A stretch of 64,000 nucleotides of DNA from Yuukianura sp. NJ FZ-2021. Lineage: Eukaryota. The translations under genes were made by a program, and so were the position numbers. A model generated the notes under the pieces. That model saw only the letters and a list, made by a program, of their open reading frames with translations, did no database searches and had not been told where the DNA came from. The DNA lies in NCBI GenBank assembly GCA_046563655.1, contig CM102289.1, forward strand, positions 9,982,001 through 10,046,000, in the 5' to 3' direction. This document shows, piece by piece, positions 24,541 to 35,624 of this stretch (its first letter is position 1; each line of letters begins with the position of its first letter).

Positions 24541-27500
24541 TCAAGGACGTGTAGCACTGTTTGACTTTAGCGGGTCAAGTGAAGATGCAGAGAAAGGCTT
24601 TGTGTTGCCTACGACAGATTCCGACTGCGGTTTGGATTCTACTGCATTCCACTTTCCAGAAAATTGAGCAGTTGGATTGCTCGAAGGCTTTGCTGGAGTA
24701 TCGGCAACGTCGATTGGATTCTGGATGTCGTTTTGCTGCTCCTGCGCAGTTGCTGGAGCTTCGATGTCGTTTTGCTGCTCCTGCGTAACTACTGGAGTTT
24801 TGTGCCAAGATCCATAAGATGAACGAGCGCCAGTGACAACAGTTCGTTGACTGGAGTTCGGCTGTGCTGGATTTGTGCGACTAGGTTGACCTTTGAGCGT
24901 TTGTTTACTGGGGAAAGCAGAACCCACTTTGTCACTCGTAGGTTTCTGTAAGGGAACAAACTTTATGTTGCAAAATTCAAAGAAAAGTTTGAAATTGGTT
25001 ACTTTGTTTAGTGCTGGAGACTCTGAAGTTTGTTTGGATCGGAAGCACCAGCAGCAGCAGTTGCAGCACAAGAAAACCGGAAGTAGCAGGAAGAAAACAG
25101 CGTTCAGTCCAATTTCTTCATACCTGTAACAATTTGTACAAGTTTTGGCAAATATTGAAAATTGCCAAAGAATCATTGTTTCATAGATGGCGCTCTTTAC
25201 CAACTGAGAGGATTTTGAATGCATCCAAGTCCAAATTTTCCAACTTTTCGGAAAAATCTGCCCAAGATTCCTTTCACCAGGCCTAAAATAACCCAGATTT
25301 GAAGCAATTCAAAATTGGGCGGAAAAGTAAAGTGTGATTCTGATTACCCAAAAGAATTAGGAGAATGGCGACGAGAATGATGAGAGCAAGGAATGTTTTG
25401 GGTGAAAGCAAATCCTGTACTTCGTCCCCCTCCACTTCGAATTCCTCTGGATTTGGAAATCCAGCAGAAATGATTTCATCCGGAGACATTGGAATGCATG
25501 CGTGTTTCACTTGGTCACCACAACCACATTTGCAATTCAAAGCACAGATGCAAGTGTCGCCAGGAGAGAAAACGACAGTGCGAAATGCTACAACTTCGTT
25601 GTACTCATTGATCAATCCCACTTAACAAAAAAAATTATTTAAAAAAAAAGGTTTCAGAGGTTCCATGCCATTGTGTCAATTGAATTGTATCAACTGCCAT
25701 TGCATCAACTGAATTGTGTCAATTTGAATTGTATCAACGCTCAATTGTGTCAACGGCTACTTGTATCAACCAACGTAACCTAACCTAACCTAAGCTAAAT
25801 TAAGCATTACAGTCGTTGATACAATTAGTCGTTGATACAATTGGCCAGTTGATACAATTCAAATTGACACAATTCAGTTGATGCAATGGCAGTTGATACA
25901 ATTCAATTGATACAATGGCGTGCTACCGTTTCAGATTTAGAAAGTTGATTATGTATTGGTGTTGTTCCACCTGAGCAAGTGGCGTGGTGCTTCAATTGAA
26001 CTTTTGGTGGGAAATGGATGTCGAGTTTAAAAGTTTCCATCCGAACTGCATCGATGAGCTTCTGTTCTGACTTTTGGAGTGGCAACTGCTGAGTGCAACT
26101 GAGCACATGCACACTGAACAATGCAGCCACATACTCAGTATTTGCTACCTGCATATTCAAACAGAATTTAACAAAAATGTTCACTTCAAAATTTCAAAAA
26201 GTAGACCAAACCTCAACAATTAGCTTCCCTCCAGTACTCGTGCAGCCAGAAACAACTGAAACTAGCTGAGCGTTATATCTGGGAATCCAAATTTAAAAAA
26301 AATCAAACTTCAGTTTTTTTTTTTAAATTTTCCAATGTTAAACAATTTCTGAATGCTGACCCTGGTCGCATGACCTCCATTTGATCAGCCGATTGCTGAA
26401 TGTCAATGTACGCAGCCGCTTCACCTTCATGTTCCAGAACAAAGTACATTTTGTTTTGAATTCGCTTGAACGGCGCTGGTTCATGAACTTTCCCAAAGTT
26501 TTTGAGGCGATAATGAACAGTTCCACTCTGCAAAACACTAAATTTCTAAAACAGTTTTAATTTTAAGTGTTGAAAAGACAGAATTTTGAAAATACGGCCT
26601 TGTTGTCAATGTCCCAGAGGTCGAATGGTTGGTTTCTGAGACAAGTGCCCTCTGTCTCTCGACATGGCGATGGCTGACTGTTGAAAACTTCGGAGATGAC
26701 CCCTACTTGACTGCACTTTTGACCAACTAACTTCTTCGGAACAACCAACACTGAATTTCCAATGTCATTCCTTAACTGAACAGGAAGTTGATGCTGATTG
26801 GCGAGTGGTTTGGATTGGAGGTGATCCAGCTCGTGATAAATTTCGTGGTGTTTAGTATTTTCTCCTTTGGTTCCCACATTTGAAACTGATCCGTAAAACA
26901 GCGTTGGAATGAGCAGAAAGTTTTGTTTGGAATCCAACTTATCCGCAGTTTGATTCAAATTGGACACTGCTTTTCTGTAGCTGATGCTTAAGTTTTCACC
27001 ATCCTCAAAATTAGTCACAGTCAAAGAATCGATTCTAAAAATCCAACCAAATGTAATCATATTTGAAATTAACTATCTTTGAAATTGAAATTTTGAAAAG
27101 TTTACTTTGCAGTGATGCCTTTTTCTCCAGACGGTTTCCATAAAATGGTTCCGTCTTCCTGTTCCACGCTTTCGTAAACTTCAACGTAAACTTGGTGAAA
27201 TATTTCAGGCGGCCCAATTTGAAACACCGCGTACCTAAATTCAAATTTTTTAAAATAATTTTTAGAAACAGAACGGAAACTTTGATTGGAAATTTTACCA
27301 GTAGTTACTGCGGCGAAAGCAATGCTTAGAATAAAACTGGTCATTTTTTGTCATGTTTTTGCATTCGTGGCCTCCTCTAAGCTGACCTTTGACACTGTCC
27401 TCACAGGAACAGCAGAAACCCTAACAAAAACATCAATTCAGCTAAAATTTAAACCAAAATTGAGCAAACTTACATTGTTGAGTGTTGGATCTTTAAGATT

Positions 27501-28220
27501 AGTGTTGTCGTCGTATCCACAAATGTTGCCACTGCACTTTTCATGACTTTTGGTTCCACTGTACTTGGTAATTTCTTCTTTAGCTTTTGCGTTTACAGTC
27601 TGCAAACAAAATTAATCTTGAGAAGTTGTGCTAACTTGACCTACTAAATATCATGTTTTGTTTCTGTTTGTGACCTGGAGATACTTGAGAGGGTACGTGG
27701 CCAGCACTGGACCTTCTTGGATCTTGACTGCAATTGGATTGCCCAGACGAACTGCCTTACCAGAACGCTCATCCAGCATGTGATCAATCTTAATCAAAGT
27801 CCCAATGTCATCAACGTCCACCTAAACAATTACAACTTTGAGCAAATTTAATTTTTGGAATTATTAAATTCCAAATCCTAGTACATTTCCGTTGTGGATG
27901 AGTTTGATGGTGATGATGGCCTGACTGTGGCATCTTGTCATGCGCGTGATGTTGAGATCCACATCATTTTCTACCTCCATGTCCAGTGCTGAGTTGGGGT
28001 CATGTGGTCCAGGTTTAATCGGAAGGTCAAAGGAGGTCAACGGAGGAGGTTTCCAGTTAACTACGCGAAAATCATCATCTTCTGAGTCAGAAGGATTTTG
28101 ACACCGAATTATGGCAGACTCAACCTCAATTGTTTCTCTTCCGCTTACAGTCGAACCGATTCCCACCAATAATAAAAGTAGAAGAAAGTCCATCATTTTT
28201 CTTGGATTCATCACATTCAT
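24541..28220 (-). CDS. HAP2: HAP2/GCS1 class II gamete fusion protein (fusexin), ~863 aa, 13 coding exons
   Basis: Exons (minus): 28220-27885, 27821-27675, 27599-27474, 27420-27299, 27234-27106, 27034-26596, 26527-26361, 26278-26212, 26148-25971, 25620-25348, 25282-25201, 25123-25003, 24945-24541. All introns are GT-AG; sum 2592 nt with no internal stop. Motifs: signal peptide (MMDFLLLLLLVGIGSTVSG), PVLATYPLKYLQTVNAKAKEE, GFCCSC, LRGGHEC, HCFRRSNYWYAVFQIGPP, the HAP2-GCS1 motif CSQVGVISEVFNSQPSPCRETEGTCLRNQPFDLWDID, a TM helix FLALIILVAILLILLGL, a Cys cluster and a low-complexity tail. Alternative starts at 28211, 28196 and 28193. Confidence 0.93.
24724..24785. repeat. 39-bp-period duplication in the HAP2 last exon (QEQQNDI x2)
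   Basis: GATGTCGTTTTGCTGCTCCTGCG occurs at 24724-24746 and 24763-24785. Confidence 0.85.
25659..25927. mobile_element. Non-autonomous foldback-type MITE (probably Mutator/MULE-related) in HAP2 intron 9
   Basis: ~110-bp imperfect terminal inverted repeats (GG...CC ends), each built from 7 sub-repeats of ATTGTATCAAC-like 11-mers. Central TAACCTAACCTAACCTAA at 25776-25793. Exact 8-bp flanking direct repeat GTTTCAGA at 25651-25658 and 25928-25935. Superfamily assignment is inference. Confidence 0.9.
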
Positions 28221-28346
28221 GTCAATCACGGAGTGAAAATCCGCTTTACTTTTAACGCAATGTAGCAAACACAATCTTCAAATGTTTAGGACAAAAAGTA
28301 CAAAAATGTTGTTTTCTGCGGTTGGGAAAACAATTTTCCGAAAGGG

Positions 28347-28360
28347 GTTCCCAAGGCAAC
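28347..28360. promoter_or_regulatory. Candidate RFX X-box upstream of HAP2
   Basis: GTTCCCAAGGCAAC matches RYYNYYWWRRNRAC and 12/14 positions of GTTGCCATGGCAAC; it lies 127-140 bp upstream of the ATG at 28220. Confidence 0.5.
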
Positions 28361-31300
28361 AAGTTGAAAGTAAAAATTAAGTTTTGTCATTTGATCTCAT
28401 TTTTGTAGTGAAGAGGAAAGAAAGTTGGTATTCCCCAGGGGAAAGCAAACTTTGTAAATTGCTAAGAAGTGAATGTTTGATTTTGATGTCAACGGAGAGC
28501 TTAATTCATGTGGAGTCATGTACTTGTAGGAGAAGTGAGGAATGCGGGAGTGTTTAGCGTAGAATTGCATAATAGCCTAATAAATCACGGTTCCTGGGAA
28601 TTCCTTATGGATTTTAAAAGTGTGAGGGAGCAGAGGTGTCTGGGTAATAAATGACAGACGGAGAGTGATGCATTCGGTGGGTGGGGCAACTAAAGTCCCT
28701 GGGAACTAACCTCCGCAAAATCATTCTTTTCGTGGTGCCAACGGAAATTGACAGGAAAGTGATTTCGGAGACTTCACTTTTCACAGATTAACCATTCTCC
28801 AAAGTTTCAAAGTTGACAAGGAAAAACCGACTATGTCCCATGTACTTCACAACTTCCCTCAAATTCTCAACTTTCACAACACTTTTCCGTGGGAAAGCGT
28901 CTCCACAAAACTCAATTTTGTGCAACAGCCTTAAGATTTTGAAAATTATGTTCTTAACTACGCCACTAGAAAAATTATTATTTATTACATATAATTTAAA
29001 TTATGAAATCATAGGTCATTCTCTAGCTTGAGTTGATTTGTGAACCACTGCGGAGGTGACTAATCCTGTGAGTGTATTGATTAAAGGCCCCTCAAGTAAA
29101 AAGAGACTTCGTGTTGTGTTCCAATTGTTGTGGCTAATGACAACAATGGATTTTAGGAGAAGATTAATTAAGAGAAATCAGTGGGGAGAGTCACCTCCAC
29201 CTGGTTGAGTAGAAATCACGCAGAGAGCCCTTAAGGGCCCCTCCCTTGAGACAGGAAGTGGAGTGGAGGCTAATCCTCGGTTAATGACACACAGGTGCCT
29301 TCAAGTGTCAATGTTTGCCCTCATCTCCAAAAACTAACATTTTCTGAGGTCACACTTTTTTAAAAGTTGCCCCTCTCAAAAACTGGAGCAGCAGGAAAGC
29401 ACAAAAGTTCAAAAAATCAATTCACAGGAAAAGGGGTGAAATGCATCCAAAATTTATTAAAACCTATTAACTTTTGGCTGTGTTTTTCAAGTCAGGTTTT
29501 TTGATTAACTTTTAATTAATTAATTCTTCAGTTTGATAATTTAGTTAGGCTGTAATTATTATGTTTAATCTTCACAAATAATTGCAGTGTAAATTATGAA
29601 CAGGTTATCGTAACCTTGCGTATAAGTAATAATTCTTGGTTCTCATCAAAAAAATTTAAGCAGTAAAAAGAGTTGGAATGACGCAAGGCTTCTTGTGCTT
29701 AATCCTCACTTAAGAAACCGAAATCAATTTGAAAGACGAAAATCTTTAGAGAGAGTGGACAAAAGAAAGTTATGTAAATGAAGTTTGGGTGTACAGGGGA
29801 TTGAGCTTTTTTAAAAAGTTAAATTTAAAAATGTGTTTTCAACAAAAGCGTTTTGTGATTGAGTACACATGAATCCACCCACCAACCTCCAGTTCCTTTC
29901 TTAAGGAACTTCGGTGACCTCTTGAACCCGCCATTTCTTTGGAAGCGTAAAGACTTCTTTTGTGCACAACTGAATAGAGGGACTTTGTATTTCTTATGCT
30001 CCACCGATCACACTCAATACAAATACAATATCTCCACATTCTAATTCTACCCCTTCACAAATCTAAAAAATACAATTCTGTTCAAATCCATTTTTATACT
30101 TTCTTTTTCAATACAACTTCTTTGTGGGAAGAGAGGGAGTTTACAACTGAAATAAAATTGTAGGCAGTTAATGACTTGGAATAAACAAGGTCATTCCAAC
30201 ATCAATTCCAATTTTAAATGCTAAACACTAAAACTTAAAATGTTAAATTTCGACACCTTTCCGTTTTTGCCCAGCTTTTAATTATGGTTATTTAATTTTG
30301 TAATTAAGGAGCATATGTGGTTGAAAGTGTCAAAACAAGAGTCGGGGGATTAACAATTTTAATCTCCAGACTTAAAATAACACAAAAATCATCCCCCAGT
30401 TGAGTTTAAGCTGTGCTCCCCACAATAGAAAAAAGAGAAAGTGAAACTTTTTGTGAGCTCATCTCTATTATTAGAGTAGTTTTGTCATTTTAGCACGCAA
30501 TGGAGTCCAGCAGAGAAGGAATGGCCAGGAAGAGATGATGGAAGTTTTTGCACCTGTAGACACAGACTTAGGATGCCCTGCACAGTGACCTCTGAGGATC
30601 CAAGGGGGGTCATGTCACGCAAAGACTTCTAATGACTTGCACAAATACACGAAGACTTTAGCTTCTTTTCAAAAACATGTTTCTGGAGGGGGCACAGTGT
30701 GCGGATACTAATCCTGTCTGGACACAATCCGTGGACAAAGTTTATTATTTTTATTAGTTGAATTATTTAAGGAGGGGATGACACTTCCCGTGGTCACAGG
30801 TGCCCAGATTCACAGTTCAAACCAAACCTCTTCATTGAATTGAGCCATTAGCTCCAATTCTTCATTCCACCGTCACCGCCGCCGCGGTGCTTCCGTGCAA
30901 AAACTCTTGTTCATAAGTTAGAATTATTTCAAAATAGAAAGATTTGTCAATTTAGTCACAAATTCTGCTGTTTGAGACACAACAGAAATCACTTTGTGAA
31001 ATGAAAGTCCGAGGTCAGCAGTGGAACAACTACTTGGACAAAAAATGACGGCGGCGCTAAAGTTTTTAAAGGAATAGTTTTTTTTTAAATTGAAAAAAAG
31101 TCATTTTTTTTTTCAAAGTCCCATCATCAGGTGAAAATTTTATATAATTTTATTAGAGGTCATGCTGAATTGGGTGTTAATTGACTTTGGTTCTCAGAAT
31201 TTTGTTGTGCGTCACTCTTAGCGGAGTATCTTTTTAATTCAGCTCCACTTCAAATTGAATTCCGTTCCTAGAAAAAGACATTTATTTCCCTAGTAGCCTT

Positions 31301-34266
31301 TTCAACTCCCGTTTTCACTTTTGCTTTCTTTACAAATCAACTGTTTTTTAGCTAGGTGTGAGAGTGACAGGGAGAAATAAGTTCTAGGAATGAGAGAATG
31401 AGCATAACAATGACATGATGCATTGCAATTTTCTCCAGTTGCCCAACACAACTCCACTTCCATTGTTGACTATTTTGGCAATTTATCTTTGGCCAGGGGG
31501 AACCAACCCCTTCAATTCATACAAAATCAAACCAACTTCTTGTGACAACCTCAAGTAGCTCCGATTTGTCTTCTGGAAGCTAAACATTTAAAATAGAAAC
31601 CGATTCGAAATTTTTAGTTTTGAAATTTAAAATGATGAAACATCTTGTATTTTTGATCTGTCATCAGCCACCTAAATCACTCTTTTCCGTTTGTGTTGGA
31701 TAAAGATCCCCTGCCTCTCCATTGTTCAATTTGTTTCACCCAAGGTATGACTTACTCTTGGAAATTGAAATGCGCAGGCCTGTGAACAAGGTTGGACTGA
31801 CTTGGCTTTTATGCTTTGTGCACCGCCACTAGCACAGAGTTTGAACTTAATTTGAAATCCTTGGTTGATCACACACATTAACAGCACTCCAGATCACTCT
31901 GGATTTGTGTGGATGATCTTAGGAGAGTCATTAGAAATGAAAGAGAAAGTTGGGTTTGTGTGTAGAGATCAAAGAATGACAAGCGACATAGTCAAGTTCC
32001 ATTAAAAGCCGAATTAGACAAACCACCAACGACACGCGACCTCAGTCAATCATCGTCTCTTGTACTATTTTTAGAATGGCAAACCATGTCACCCCCAAAT
32101 TCAAAATATCAAAATGGAGCAACCCCCACCCTCTTAACTTAAACCTTGAAACTGATTAGGAGGCTTTTTGAAATTTGATCAGTCCGTATTTTTTAAAACG
32201 AGTGTCGAACAATAGTGTTTGCATAATGCAACAACCAGAACTTCACACTTGTCTCAAATTTCAAACTAGGAGGGGGTGGACACTTTCAGTCTTTGACGTA
32301 CGGCAAATTCTCTCCAGTCACTCAATTCCGTCAAAAAAATCAAAAAAAAAATGTCCTAAGTTGATAAAATATTTCAAAAGTTATAGTAATCGTACGAGAG
32401 GTAAAGTTGGACGAGAATAAATATTCAAAGTTATTTTTGTTGGAATTAAAGTTGGAGAAATTAGAAGCGGCGTCCAACTGAGGCGGAGTATTGGAAAAGG
32501 AAGAGAAAGCGGAAATTGAGAAAGTGGTTTGTTCCAAAAATAATTTGGTACAACAAAAGATCCAAGATTGGACAAAGGTCACGTGCTGCCGCGACCTGTG
32601 TGACTTGTAATTGGTTTGACATGGCCGGACGCTGGTCAGTTGAGAGGTCACGCGACACAGTGAGAGCCACATTGTCCAAATGTGTTAAACTTCCATTAGT
32701 CTGTCCGCTTGAAACCTAAAACCGTGAAAACACGAGGGAAGTAATGACAATTTAGCTTTTCAAATGATGATTGAGCTGTTTGAGCGCAGGCGTGGGAAGT
32801 CAGTCGCTTAATTTCGAAAAGGAAAAACATTTTTTGAGTGGTTTGATTTGCAAACTCGAAGTTATCGAGGTAATCCAGTACTTCTAAATTGATTGGTTTG
32901 CTCCAATTCCAATTGTTATGTTTGTACATAAATATTTCTAAAACTATTAGTGCTAAGGTCTTCAAAGAATCAAAGTTTGCTAAAACATCACGTTTCAATT
33001 CTGCAACTTCTAATGATTCTCACGCAACACTTTCCGTTTCTGTGCAATGGGAGGAAACCGGTTTTCAAAATATTGACGTTGCAATTGTTGCAGAAACGAG
33101 AGGATGCAAAATTTAGCGAAAGAAGAAAATGTGAGCCTTATCGTTCCACATCTCCCTCCCAGGCTCACAACACACCATTGTGAATTTGCAGAATTGTGGA
33201 GATGACCCCTTGAAGGGAAGCGAAGGGACCTTGACCCCTTTAGCCAACCACACACCACACGCAGCCGGTTTTCTTTTAAAGTTGCAAGTTTTTGCGGGCG
33301 TAATTAAATGACGAATGACGACGAAGGGATCATGTACACGCCTTGGAGATTACAAATGGAATTGCATTTAAACTTGACACCGTTTGTCAATAACGTCAAC
33401 TTTTATTTTGGAGGCGGGATCATTAAAAATTCATGGCGGCGCAACATCTTCCTGTTTTTCAACTTTTTGCGTCAACGGCGTTTGAGGTGTGAACTTTATG
33501 TGTCATTTTAGAGGCTAACCATTTGAAACGTGTAAAGATTTAGAAAAATTTAAAAGAGCCAAAGTTTTTAATTATTAGTAAAAAATGAATGAGTGGAAAA
33601 CTTTTTGGGAAAAATATACTTGCCCAACCTTTTTTGTTTCTAAAGCCTTAAGCGGATTGAGGAAGTAAGAATAATGGTTGGCAGAGTTTATCAAATTCCG
33701 CATATTAGCAAATTAGCAAAGTTGTAACAATTTAAATGGTTATGAAGTGACAGGATGGGCCACGTTATTTCGAAAACCAAAAGCCCTTTTTCAAGTAAAC
33801 TCAACTAACTTTGACACTTTTACGTCACTTTTCAAAGCCATAAATCCAAAGACTTGAGGCAACGTCTTCGTATTTTGTTTTTGGGGTCTTGGATTTGACC
33901 CACCTCTAAGCATATTGCATTGCTACAGACAAAGAGGAAATTATGATGCACAAAGTGGGTGAAGATGCTCCTCACCTTCATTAATTTATTCCATTCAAAT
34001 TAACTTTTGCCAAGATTTCTGCACAAAAAGCAACGTTTCCAGCTATTGCAAAATCCTTGACTCTTAAACTGTGCCATAATTAACTCTGTTGCAAAAGTCA
34101 TGCGCAGAGGAAAACTTGAAGTTCCCTTGCCCCCTCCAAAGTTCCCTTCATTTGCCAGTCACTTGTTTTTCTATGAAGTTGATCAGATATTTGTGCACTT
34201 TTTGGATTGTTGTAATTGAGAAGAAGTTGTAATTGCAATTTGAAGTGGATCCCAATTGGCCTTTAG

Positions 34267-34302
34267 TATTTAAGTCAATTCTGCACCACTTGTCAATTCA
34301 GT
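34267..34302 (+). promoter_or_regulatory. Core promoter (TATA-like TATTTAAG + TCAGT initiator) of the Ser/Gly/Trp-rich gene
   Basis: TATTTAAG at 34267-34274, TCAGT at 34298-34302, ATG at 34347. Confidence 0.6.
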
Positions 34303-34346
34303 CGCTTCACACGATCCTAAGTAAAACAAAGTCAAAATCAGAAAAA

Positions 34347-35624
34347 ATGAGAGTCACGGTAAACAACTTTTTACTTTCCTTAGCCCTCGATTTGTAGCTC
34401 AAATGTTTTTGTGTTTTCTGAAATATTTTTGTGTGTTTTCTGAAATGTCTTTGTGTTTTAGTTGGTGTTGTTGGTGACCCTTGGTGTGCTGGGGATGACC
34501 TCTGGTACATTCTTCAGTTTGTTTAGAAGACGCGGACGCGGGGGTGGGTGGGGTGAGTCCAGCGGGTGGAGACAGGGCCCACCTCCAGGCTGGAGACCAC
34601 AGCAGAGTTCTGGATGGAGTTCGTCTGGAAACTCAGGTATGCGTCTTACAAAAATTTAAAATTTAAAATTTAGAAACGGAAAGTGAAAGTTCTTGAGCGT
34701 AGGTGGAGCATGGCCCAGCAGTTCTTCTGGATCAGGATGGCAGTCTGGAAATAGTGGCTCATCAGGTATTCGTAATTGAATAAAGATGAAGTTTAGTTTG
34801 TTGATTTGAAAATTTGCGTAGGATCTGAGTCAAGCGGATGGAGGCCAGGTCCACCACCAGGCTGGAACGGTGGATCCTCATCTTCCGGACGTGGATGGGG
34901 CAGTTCGTCTGGTGGCTCTTCATCTTCTGCCTGGCCATCCAGTTCATCTTCCGGATGGCAAAGTTCTGGCTCATCTTCAGGATCCTCTTATGCCGCTGCT
35001 TGGCCTTCCAGCTCATCTTCTGGATGGCAAAGCACTGGATCTTCCTCCTCAGCAGCATGGCCATCATCCTCATCTTCTGGACGTGGATGGTCCAGTTCGT
35101 CCAGTGGCTCCTCAGCTTCCGCTTGGCCATCATCTGGGTCATCTTCCGGTTGGCAAAATACTGGCTCATCCTCAGGATCATCTTATGCCGCTGCTTGGCC
35201 TTCCAGCTCAGCATCTTCAGGATGGCAAACTAGTGGATCCTCTTCCGGAGCCTCATTAGGTTCAGGCTGGCAATCAGCATCTTCATCATCGTCCTACGCG
35301 CCATCATCTTCTTCTTCAGGATGGGAAAATGCTGGTTACTCACCGTCAGCCTCCAACTCAGCATCTTCTTCATCAGGATGGGAAAACACTGGCTCATCCT
35401 ACGCGGCACCTTCATCTTCATCGTCAGGCTGGCAAAGCGCTGGATCTTCATCTTCATACTCCCCAGCATCTTCTTCCTCAGGATGGGAAAATGCTGGATC
35501 TTCGTCCTACTCCCCAGCAGCATCTTCATCCTCAGGATGGGAAAATGCTGGATCCTCTTCCGGATCTTCCTCTTCCTCTGCGTGGCCAACTACTTCGTCC
35601 AACGGCGGAGGGTGGCAGGCATAA
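34347..35624 (+). CDS. Secreted Ser/Gly-rich repeat protein with periodic Trp (350 aa); probable extracellular structural (cuticle/eggshell/glue-type) protein
   Basis: Exons 34347-34358, 34462-34636, 34703-34765, 34822-35624, total 1053 nt in frame. Signal peptide MRVTLVLLVTLGVLGMTSG, then TFFSLFRRRGRGGGW, two ESSGWRxGPPPGW units, AWPSSSSSGWQ units and SSSSGWENAG units. AATAAA at 35773-35778. Confidence 0.9.

Noticed and set aside
25659..25927. Regularly spaced short repeats resembling a CRISPR array or a telomere
   Set aside because: Spacers are only 3-6 nt, the array is mirror-inverted with a TSD, the context is eukaryotic with no cas genes, and there are only ~3.5 TTAGG units. It is a MITE.
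31866..31918. Imperfect hairpin considered as a pre-miRNA
   Set aside because: It has a large asymmetric bulge and short stems, and I recognise no mature miRNA sequence.
33055..33064. Grainyhead-type palindrome AAACCGGTTT 1.3 kb upstream of the Ser/Gly/Trp gene
   Set aside because: It is a single short site, and similar AACCGGTT words occur elsewhere (50.08, 50.71, 55.51 kb) without a consistent context.
11918..35624. Idea that the peptides, wax-ester synthase and structural protein form a co-regulated cuticle-barrier cluster
   Set aside because: The genes are unrelated, 7-13 kb apart, on mixed strands and share no evident promoter motif; this cannot be supported without expression data.
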